Shown here: piece by piece, positions 25,401-36,200 of the stretch
How the letters are laid out: the number at the start of each line of letters is the position of its first letter
Position numbering within the stretch: the first letter of the stretch is position 1
Assembly: GCA_010909165.1 (NCBI GenBank)
Contig: MU008209.1
Coordinates: 62,001-126,000 of the forward strand
Origin: Anthoceros angustus
Taxonomy: Eukaryota; Plantae; Anthocerotophyta
Length of the DNA: 64,000 nt
Reading direction: 5' to 3'
Program-made: the position numbers and the translations under genes
The notes under the pieces: model-generated
What the model was told of the DNA's origin: nothing
The model's database searches: none
The model's input: the letters and a program-made list of their open reading frames with translations, nothing else

Positions 25401-26800
25401 TCCACCTTCTTCCAATTCGACCTTTCTAGCCTCGGGGTCTTTGGTGCCTTTGCCTTCATCGGCCTGAGCCCACGATCTTCACAACAACATATCGCCAAAT
25501 ACACAAGAAAGATCACTGTTCTTCACACGAACGACCCAACACATCTCACCTTTCCTAAACGCGTCTCATCCGAGTGCTTCACGTTTTTGGCCTTCTGTTT
25601 GAAGGCCCGATCCTCTATCCATGTAGGGAACTGCCCTTCGTAGAACATTTGCAAATCCCTCTCGCCCCTCTACCATATGGGTTCGGGTACCTACCTCCTT
25701 CGCCCTCAACATGTCGTGGCCTTCTTTTGATGTGGTTCGGCATCTCCCCAACTCGATTTTGGCGTACCTTGCCTCCTCCTCCCGAATGCATTTTCCCAAA
25801 CATCCCGTGTTATGTTGGGGGCATGCTCGGTTCCGCTCTCCCTTCCGTCCGCCTCCCATGCTCAATGCACGGCCTTAATGGCTGCCTTCCTGCCGGCATA
25901 TTCTGCCGTTGGCATTGTTTGGTGCTTGTTCAACATCCTCTTGACAATCCAGGAGCATCCACCCACACTTCCTGATGCAACTCTTCCTTCAACTCCTCCA
26001 TATGGTCTTTCTAATTCCTTAGACCTCGAGCTCGGTTGCACTAGGTCGTTGATTTTCAGTAGGCTCATTGGGCATCCACCGAGGCCACCACGCTTTTGTC
26101 ACATGTTGCCTTTGTGCCGGTGCCCTCCCAAGCTTCCACGGTGGCTTCATTATCCACAATTCCATCAACAATTTTTTCATGCCACACACACCCATAGCTT
26201 CTACCACCTTGGGAGTGGTTTGCCATCCGGGCCGAGCTTAGCCCCGGACTCCGCCTCTGCTGGTGCGGCCTTAGCATAGTCCACAGCATCTACTACTCCG
26301 GGTCCGGGTGATCTCAGTGCAAGGGCCCTCCAACCTTGACGCCCAAGCATCGTTCAAGTTCTTCAAGCATTCAACCCACGTTGTTGCCGCCTCTTCGTTG
26401 CCGTCAATTTGTAGCTCCACTAGTATCCCATCTCGAACGTCCCATGTGTTGCCAGGGATGCATGTTTCAACGGGCTGAGCTGTAGGCTCTGCAATCTCCT
26501 CCCTCTCATCTATTGTCAGCTCCATTACCGCTGATGAACTAGCCATTTCCACAGCCTTCCCCCCAGCCCTTTCAACAGCATGTCAAGCCCGAGTCCATCT
26601 TTCTGCTTGTTTCCCTTTTGCTTCATCCCCGCCACCCGCAATAGCAACCCGGCTATGCTTCTTTGTGTGCGCCATCTGCAGTTGTCCAGCTTGAGTCTCC
26701 GCGGCCACCTGCCTGGTGCTTAAAGTGCGCGACTTGCATTTCCTCTATTGCGCGAACTGCGTTTCCTCCAAGTTGAAAGCTCGGCACGTGTGCAATGGCC
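22420..26800 (-). pseudogene. Decayed long ORF of unknown function, probably the divergent second ORF of the adjacent DNA transposon; 23580-25140 is duplicated at 25130-26550
   Basis: Chained minus-strand ORFs 24589-24984, 24271-24579 and 23815-24129 join across single stops. No family recognised. Confidence 0.4.
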
Positions 26801-29800
26801 TCCTGAGGAGTAAGCTGGGTGCCCGAAGTAAGCTGGTTTTTCGTGGATTGGGAAGTAAGCTACTTTTTCGCGGGTTCTTGGTTCGGCACTCTATCCGGTA
26901 CAATATTTGAAACTCAAACCTAGAGTGCGAGGCAAACTTGGTGTAGTGATTGAGTCGGACTCCTTTGGTTCTGGCTGCCCGTGTTCAAGTTTCACATTAC
27001 CGCCTCCAGGAAACTGTACTTTCTTTTGCAGGCCGGGTCCAAGTTTCACACTATCGCCTTCCAGAAACTGGACACTCATTCGGGACATCCTCAAGTTTCG
27101 TTCATTCGGGACACCCTCAAGTTTTGTTCATTCGGAACACAACTCTCAGTTGTATGTGCAGTCCACTCCGAGTTAGCGCTCCATCGTGGCGGATCACGGT
27201 AGGCTAGTGTCAAATAAGCACATAAAACCTTGTGAAACTTCTAGATGTCCCAAAGCGGCATGCCATATGCGTACTTCTACAAGCGGGCGTAAAGCGAACC
27301 ATCGACAATCTTGAATTTGAACGAACTCGAACATAGGGGTTACGCTTTGTAAGTAGTCACTTCCATCAAGAAACCCTAAATTGGAACCAGAAGACATTTA
27401 TCTGGATTACACACACGTCAAAAGCAGGAGCGGAACCACCCAGGATTCTAGGAATCACACTCACATGAACTAGTAACAAACCATAAACATTGTATGTGAT
27501 CGCGAAAATTGCATTACAACCATAAGCCCATACACTTCAGCCGGGCACAGACTTGCACCTGGCTGACATTTCACCACACCTTGAGTATTCTCCCAAGTTC
27601 ACGGACTTTCGGCTTCAAAAAAAAAGGCTGAGCACACAAAGAACTACTCAAATCGCATGCTTAAACATCTACGTCTCCCTGGCCAAAATCGTTGCAATGA
27701 ACCACATTTCGTGTTCCATCCGCAAACCAATATATCTGCACCACGCGCAATCAATCCCCTGCGTGTCGCATTGCATGGGGCAAGATCTCTGCATTGCCTA
27801 TCATCCATGGATGATAGGAAATGCAGAGATGTTGTGGCCACAACAGCCACTCATGGTCCACATCCTTCAAATGATGCCACTGTAGGTGCATGGTATCTAC
27901 CATGTACCTTCGAGCTCCTCCTACCAAGCGAAGATGATCTTTGAATGCGCTAGTTGCCTTGTTGCAAGCGGCAGCCCACTCCAAAGCTTGTTGAGGCGTA
28001 ACTCTGTCGAGGCAAGCAACGACGGAAGTCCCAAGTGATCCGCCCAACCATGAGGAAGTGATACCATCCATTGTTCATTTGAAGAACTTTTCTTGCTCAA
28101 GCCATGCAACAAACCCGTGGCAAGCTCATCTCACACCTGTTCCATGACCGAGGCGACGGCATTCTCAATCTCCTATCCACCGCCAACTTTGCCTCAACCT
28201 GGAATGGGGATGGACAATCTGTGACTCGAACAAGAACCAAGAGGTTTTGGCGTATTGCGATGTTGGTGACCATGGGTATTTTCAAGAAGGTTAAAGTGGG
28301 ATTTCTCATTGTTGGCCATACCCACGATCAAATTGATCAAATGTTTTCCCATTTTTCATGCCACACACACCCATAGCTTCTACCACCTTGGGAAGTGGTT
28401 TGCCATCTGGGCGAGCTTAGCCCCGGACTCCGCCTCTGCTTAGTGCAGCCTTAGCATAGTCCACACCGCAACTTGTCTACTACCTCAGTGGGGTCCGGGT
28501 GATCTCAGTGCAAGGGCCCTCCAACCTTGACGCCCAAGCATCGTTCAAGTTCTTCAAGCATTCAACCACGTTGTTGCCGCCTCTTCGTTCGTCAATTTGT
28601 AGCTCCACTAGTATCCCATCTCGACGTCCCATGTGTTGCGAGGATGCATGTTTCAACGAAGGTGTAGGCTCTGCAATCTCCTCCCTCTCATCTGTTATAC
28701 AGATGAACTAGCCATTTCCACAGCCTTCCCATTTTCAAGATGTCAAGCCCAGTCCATCTTTCTGCTTGTTTCCCTTTTGCTTCATCCCCGCCACCCGCAA
28801 TAGCAACCCGGCTATGCTTCTTTGTGTGCGCCATCTGCAGTTGTCCAGCTTGAGTCTCCGCGGCCACCTGCCTGGTGCTTAAAGTGCGCGACTTGCATTT
28901 CCTCTATTGCTGAATGCGTTTCCTCCAAGTTGAAAGCTTCGGCACGTGCAATGGCCTCGAGGAGTAAGTGGGTGCAGTAAGGCAGTTTTTGGATTGGGAA
29001 GTAAGCTACTTTTTATGGGTTCTTGGTTCGGCACTCTATCCGTAATATTTGAAACTCAAACCTAGAGTGCGAGGCAAACTTGGTGTAGTGATTGAGTCGG
29101 ACTCCTTTGGTTCTGGCTGCCCGTGTTCAAGTTTCACATTACCGCCTCCAGGAAACTGTACTTTCTTTTGCAGGCCGGGTCCAAGTTTCACACTATCGCC
29201 TTCCAGAAACTGGACACTCATTCGGGACATCCTCAAGTTTCGTTCATTCGGGACACCCTCAAGTTTTGTTCATTCGGAACACAACTCTCAGTTGTATGTG
29301 CCGGTCACACTCCCGAGTTGGCGCTCCATCGTGGCAGATGCAGCCGGCTAGTGTCAAATAAGCACATAAAAAAAAACCTTGTGAAACTTCTAGATGTCCC
29401 AAACGGCATGCCATATGCGTACTTCTACAAGCGGGGCGTAAACTGAACCATGCGACAGAATCTTGAATTTCGGAACGAACTCGAACATAGGGTTACGCCT
29501 GTAAGTAGTCACTTCCATCAAGGAAACCCTAAATTGGAACCAGAAGACATTTGCTGTCTGGATTACACACACGTCAAAACGGGAACGGAACCACCCAGGA
29601 TTCTAGGAATCACACTCACATGAACTAGTAACAAACCATAAACATTGTATGTGATCGCGAAAATTGCATTACAACCATAAGCCCATACACTTGAGGCCTG
29701 AGACACGGTGACATTTCACCACACCTTGAGTATTCTCCCAAGTTCACGGACTTTCGGCTTCAAAAAAAAGGTGAGCACACAAAGAACTACTCAAATCGCA

Positions 29801-31699
29801 TGCTTAAACATCTCTCCTGGCCAAAATCGTTGCAATGAACCACATTTAGTGTTCCATCAAAACCAATATATACACCCGCAATCAATCCCTGCGTGTCGCA
29901 TTGCATGGGGCAAGATCTACCGTACCTATCATCCATGGATGATGAAATGCGAGATGTTAATAACCCTATGACCACTCATGGTCCACATCCTTCAAATGAT
30001 GCCCTTTGTAGGTGCATGGTATCTACCATGTACCTTCGAGCTCCTCCTACCAAGCGAAGATGATCTTTGAATGCGCTAGTTGCCTTGTTGCAAGCGGCAG
30101 CCCACTCCAAAGCTTGTTGAGGCGTAACTCTGTCGAGGCAAGCAACGACGGAAGTCCCAAGTGATCCGCCCAACCATGAGGAAGTGATACCATCCATTGT
30201 TCATTTGAAGAACTTTTCTTGCTCAAGCCATCGCAACAAACCCGTGGCAAGCTCATCTCACACCGCTGTTCCCGCAGCCGAGGCAGCTTCAGCATTCTCA
30301 ATCTCCTATCCACCGCCAACTTTGCCTCAACCTGGAATGGGGATGGACAATACAGCGGCTCAGAACAAGAACCAAGAGGTTTTGGCGTATTGCGCGATGT
30401 TGGTGACCATGGGTATTTTCAAGAAGGTTAAAGTGGGATTTCTCATTGTTGGCCATACCCACGATCAAATTGATCAAATGTTTTCCCATTTTTCTGTTGT
30501 GCTGAACCTGAAAGAGGCCTGCACCTAAGGTGTAACCTACTCCGGCAAGGCTTGCCGGAGTTGATTGCTTGCCTGGAGAGGGCTTATACTCCAACGCCAA
30601 AGGTCTATCTCATGAAGGAGGTGCCTGATTCTAAGCAATATTTATGGCCGCCTGGAGGTTCTCCTGCAACAGCAACATACAGTCTACACAACCACAATTT
30701 TCAACATCAATTTAAGATCACTTGAGAGGAGTTGCCTAGTCATGAGTTTGTGACGATGCTGAGGTGCAAGCAATTTTCCACTACTGCACACTGGACCCCA
30801 GATGGTGGTGTTCAGCTGTTGTGGGATGGAGTGCCAGAGAGGGAGATTGTTGCGGCTCCACTGGTGCCACTGCATGTGAGGGCAAGGAGCAAAAGGTCTG
30901 GAGCATGCATCCAGAGGAATGTCCTAACAGGGCTATGGCTGGAGTGGAAGACAATAGACAGTGCTTAAGAACTTCCACATAAATCTTCAATGAATTGCAG
31001 CTCTCTTGGTGGGACGGTTTTTGGGAGGAGCAGTTGGCAATAGCGGGTTTAGTAGCGTCAGGTCATCTTCGTCCATTGGAAACAGCATGGACATGGTATA
31101 ACCTGGAGATGTCAAGAACCCAAAGTGATATTTCCAGACAAAGTGGTGGTGGATGCAACACTAGCAAGAGCGAGAGATTTATACTGGTGCCCGCAGGACT
31201 GCTGTAAGACGGGAACGTTTGGAACAACAAGCCAGAGGATTTGTTGATGAGATCCAAGCGAGCATGATGAGTGCGGCGCAGGCTGCAGATGATCCTGTCA
31301 TGCCGTGTGGTACTAATCTCTGCACTTGGGTTTAGTGTTTGATTAGCATTAATTAATCTAATTATTTATCTTTAAGTAAGTAATTAGTGTTAATTAATCT
31401 AAGATACTTATGTTAATTAAGCATTGATTAGTGATAATTAATCTAAGGTGCTTATGTTAATTAAACATTGATTAGTGTTAATTAAACATGGTTAGCAATA
31501 GCTAAGTGGATAAGCTCAAGTAATATGCTTGGCATATTCCTTGCATATTATAGTGTATTCTTAGGATATTTACGTATCGCCCGATAGGATATCTTAGGAA
31601 TATCCGATGCAGTCCAATATATACCCTTCCATTGAGACAAGCTCGAACCGCTCACAGATATCTTGCAGAGGCGTTGTGAGGCCAAAGCTATGACTCAGG

Positions 31700-33450
31700 A
31701 GGCGATATGTGAGGAATTGCGTGTTGTTACCGTGGCGAGGTGTGTTTGTGCCGCGATGTGCGAGCTACTCCTCCTGTTACAAGCTATGATGCGGGACCAC
31801 GGGCATGTGTTGGGGTGACAAGGTACAAGGTGAAGGTTTCATTCAAACCAAGAGACTTGGCCTTTACTGTCTGTTGCTTGATGCAGTCGACACGTTTGAT
31901 GTCTTCTTTGGGAGCGAACGCTTTGTACAAACACAGGTCATGGTGGATTTGTGGGCGGAGGCAGTCTATCGACCAGCTGAAGCCAAAGCAGATGAGCAGT
32001 TGTCGCATCCTCTGCGGTGCATGGCAAGGATCATGAGAACCTCATTGCCAGCGTCTACCCGGTGTTTGGCCGTGGTGAAGGACACGCCATACGTGCTTGA
32101 ACCTCTTGGCGTGTGTCTAACAACCGGCGATGGAGGATTTCGGCGAGGAGGAGGAAGACAAGCTAAGGTTGCAACCACCCTCGGAGGAGGTTCTTCAAGT
32201 CGGGCCAGACTGGTGGTATGAGTGGAGTGCAAAAGGCATGGAGGATGGTGCAAGAGGACCAGTGTCCTATGAGCCGGAGAACTGCTGTAAGTTCTTGCCT
32301 AGGGTTGAGTCTGTTTGTGACCTAAACACCCAGGTTATCACATTACGACCTCGGGAAGGTGGCATAGTGCTCGTGGAACTCTTTGGAGGCATCAGTACCG
32401 GCTTGGAAGCAGTGCTAAAGTGTGGCATCAAAGTGCGAAGATACATGCATTGTGACCCAGATCCAAAAGCAAGGATTGTGTCACAGAAGCGCGTAAGGGA
32501 CTTGATGGGGGAGTACCCTAACCTCCTCACGTGGGGTCGGTGAAGGGTTACGGAGGCTGCCGATGGATGTTCGCATGATAGGGTTGTCCCATTTGAGTTG
32601 TCTTGGGCAACCGGTGGACCTTGTCATCGCAGTTGGGAGTGTCGAGGACTATCCTCTGCAGGAAAGGGTCAAGGTCTGAAGGATCCACGAACAACATTGT
32701 TCTATGACCTGATGAGGATCTTGCGCTTGATCCAGAAAGGGCAAGAAAGGCCTTGCGATACATGTTGGAGAATGTGCCAGCATGCATGAGCGTGAAGAAG
32801 AAAGTCCGGAGGATTTTGGCATGATCAGGAGTGGCCAGAAGGGCGGTGTCGATTGCTTGAGCAAGCATTTGACATGAACATGATGACCTGGTTGTTTAGC
32901 CTGAGTCGCTTACCAACTTCAAACCAAGAAGAAGGCGAGGTTGAAGCGGTAGGGTTCGGTGGTTGAAGGACATTCCAGGACTCGCATCTCAACAAGAGAA
33001 GGCGAGTTTGGAGGGCAAGGAGAATGGCCAGCGTAGAGGCGTGCAAGCCATCGAGCCACTACATGAGTGGTTAGCGTTGAGTTGAAGAGCAACCAGCGTC
33101 GGCTAAAGGAGTTCTTTGGAGGCATCGCGACATGTGTTTGCTTTCACGCTTGCGGAGATGGGGAAGTACACCAAAGGGAAGTTCCACATAGATCTAATCA
33201 AGGATGAACAAGTGTTCCGCAGGAGGCCGCTCGATGAAGGCAAGAAGAAATGATGAGCAACCGGTGGGGAGAGTAGTCCACATGACAGCGCATGAGGATC
33301 AAGACAAGCCTCCACTCATGGACAAGGTTCATAACCTCTGACATTCCGAAGGAGATTGGTTTTGTGCACAATGCGCTACATGAGGTGCGTCGTGTGTAGT
33401 CCTACTAATGATAATGTTTTGACTTAGAGTCTCACATTATCAGGGGGGGA
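31700..33450 (+). mobile_element. Internally deleted Ty3/Gypsy-like pol remnant: protease-like, C5-MTase, RT start, PHD-like tail, G-rich PPT-like tract
   Basis: FDVFFG..VDLW.E..YRP (protease-like). FAFTLAEMGKYTKGKFHIDL resembles the pre-RT segment of Gypsy pol. IPKGDWFCAQC needs a 1-nt correction. GGGGGGG at ~33443-33449. Confidence 0.6.
32340..32830 (+). pseudogene. C5 cytosine DNA methyltransferase domain within the retroelement
   Basis: Motif I IVLVELFGGISTGLEAVL. Motif IV VDLVIA(G)WECRGLSSAGKGQGLKDPRTTLFYDL (1-nt frameshift at ~32632). Motif VI YMLENV at ~32758. Stop at ~32541. Confidence 0.78.
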
Positions 33451-34919
33451 TTGGTTGCACCTATATATCTAGATGCGTATTAGATTTGTTTGCTTGGTTG
33501 TTGATCGATGAAGTGCTTATATGAATTCAAGTGCTTACCTCGTGCGACAACCCCGAGGGCCGGCCTTTCTGGCTAGGCAAGGTTGTGGAGGTGGACCATG
33601 AAGCTGCTGAGCTGCTAGCACAAATCCACTGGTGGCGCACATAAAACCCTAATGCACTGGAGGGTAGGTACTCGGAAGAATGGGTGCCGAGTACCCCTCC
33701 AGCAGGTCGAAGGAAAGGTAGACGCCGGAACCCTCTAAAGAAACATGTCCAAGCCATCAAGGTTTTGGAGACCACGATCATGGGTTACGATTTTGTGTTG
33801 ATGAGGAACAGGAGTTTAAGCAAAAACACCATGGATATGTTGAAAAGGAAGGTCTTTGAGTTACGAGCAGAGCCTAGTGAGGAAGCGGCTGTGCTTCCTA
33901 CTGTTGATGGTGAAGAAAGTGGTGATGAACGGATTAATTTCGAAGACCTGGACAACATTGAATCCTCTGATGCATCTGTTGATTATTTGGTGGACTTGAT
34001 GGCAGGTGTGGACTCCGGTGAGGAGCTAGATCTTAACCCACCTAGGATTCAGAATTTTGATGTTGGGCGCGAGACAGTCAACACTGAGGTCTCAGACAGT
34101 GATTTCCTAGTTCTGTCAAGTTGGTTTGTTTTTGTTAGGATGTGTGTTCCTCTGTTGGAGTGAGCAGCAGAGGGCAAGACCAGCAGCAGCAGCAGCAGAG
34201 GGCCTCGAGCAGCAGTAGAGGGCAAGACCAGCTGCAGAAGCTGAAGTTCACGTAGGCACATGTTAGCAGGTGGAGGTGGGAGGAGGAAGCGGAGGGCGTG
34301 AGGCCGGAGGTAAGCGGTTGTTCACCTCCAAACAGGTAAAAAATAGATAAGTTAAAAGTAAGATAAAAAATCAACTACAGTGAAATAAAACCATAGTAAA
34401 AGTAAAATGTAAAATATTAATTTAGTGAAACTTTGACTCTCTCACATCTCTCTCTCATCTCTCAAAAGTAACCAAGTGTACCACAGCCATATGGTACAAA
34501 AGTGTACCACCAAACCATGCTTATACCCTATGATGTCCGACAAAAGGAAGCAGATGAACTTCATAGAGCAGGTCAGATATTTAAGGGACGAGTTGATCAT
34601 AGCATGAAGAACTGCAAATGACCATGTCTTGGAAATACAATCTGTACAAGGTCTTAGGTTTGATTGAGAACGATGAAGGGCGGGAGGACTATGTCTACAA
34701 GAAGAACAAAGTGGAGGACGGACCCACATTTTGTGTATTGCTAAGTAGGATGGGAAGGTGTGGGAGAATGTTGACAAGATTTTTTCGAAAAGAGAAGCAG
34801 GAGAGCTTCCAGAATAGAAGAAACACGTTCTTGCGGGGACAAGCAAGAAAGGGAAAGGCAAGCGCAAGCTAGCGAACGAGCCCAAGCAGGTTGACAGTGT
34901 ATATGTCAAGCCGAAAGAT

Positions 34920-36200
34920 ATGTCAGCCAAGCCTTGGAAAGCTTTTCAAGGAATACTAGCTGGAGAGTGTGGGCAGCAAATCCTAATTAGCGCTACTGAA
35001 AAGGTGTTAATCGGGTTGATAGATCTGAAGGGCATGGAGGACGAGATCACATTGCGAAAGAAATTTCATATCATACAAGTGGCAATGGTCAAGCATCTGG
35101 GCTGCTCGTCCTTCGAAGAGGTGCGCGAGGAGTATCCTTCACATTCTATGGACCAGATGCTCGCCCGATTCCAAACAGCCTTCTCTGGAAAGGTGCGTAC
35201 GAATAAAGTTGTTTTTAATTTAGAATGTAGAATTCCCCTGGCCCCTCCATCCCATAGATATGGGTTTGGAGGCTGGTCGGCGCTCTCCCATCCCATATTC
35301 TGGGAAGTGAGGGCGCCGGCCGGCCGACACCCCCGTTCAAGGTTATGACTAACGAACCGTGTTGTGGCAGCAATTAAAAGACATGGAAGTGTTGACAAAA
35401 CTCCCAGCTGACTTCCAGTATTTTATTTTCGAGATAAAAAATTGGAAAGGGCTTGAAGACGAGCAGCGTGCTTTGGCGGACAAGGACCTTGAGGAAGGAC
35501 TTGAGGTTTTCATAGTTCCATCCACAGAGAAACAGGTACAATACCAAATCAAAAGTTGTGATGTGCAAGATATGTGTGGTTTTCTAAGGGCGCAGCAGTA
35601 CACACTCCTCGTCATAGATGTTTCCCTTGGTTTTATCATTGGCCCGAAGGACAAGAGGGTGGACAAGTAAATGATGGATTTTGTCATGCAAAGCTTTGCT
35701 GAAAAGACCACAGGCGATGAACTGAGGATGATTGTGATACATAGTGTGGAGGAGGCACATACAATGAGGGAAGCTATGAGAAAATGGAGCAGGAAAACGG
35801 GCTTGGTGTCGTTCGTATGGGACAAGACAAACATGAACAATGACAGGGGTGGATTTGAGACTGTGGAATACGTAACTGTGGGTTGGGGTGTCAAGGACGA
35901 GAGCACAAAGGAAAGAGTTGCAATGCTGCCAAATGCTATGCAGGGAACATTCAAAGAAACATTGCCGGTAAGGATTGCATCGTCTCCCGTTCAAGATCCA
36001 CAAACACGGTGATGTCCCCTAAGGCCTTGTTGCCAGGAATGACATGGAAGAAACCAGCCATCTCGATTGGAAAAATGCCATTCCTTGCGATCGTTGTTCT
36101 CAGTCACCACCCGATCTCTTGCGGGCAGCATTCACTAAGCAAGCATTCACTAAGGCAGGCCCTATGGGGAGTTGTTGAGTCTAGTAGGAGTCGGTGTTCG
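34920..36200 (+). pseudogene. Decayed ORF, possibly an N4C/N6A amino-methyltransferase-like protein associated with the transposon
   Basis: Order of weak motifs: LLVIDVSLG (DPPY-like), VWDKTN, VEYVTVG, then IVVL(D) / DL(F)AGS, which requires a 1-nt insertion at ~36119. Confidence 0.35.

Larger units (their letters stand above)
27880..34163 (+). mobile_element. Decayed DDE-type transposase with GHTH motif (DUF7869/Sola-like), interrupted by a Gypsy remnant
   Basis: DNTAAQNKNQEVLAYCAMLVTMGIFKKVKVGFLIVGHTHDQIDQMFS at ~30340-30490, duplicated at ~28210-28350. C-terminal FWLGKVVEVD..IHWW segment resumes at ~33560. Confidence 0.6.
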
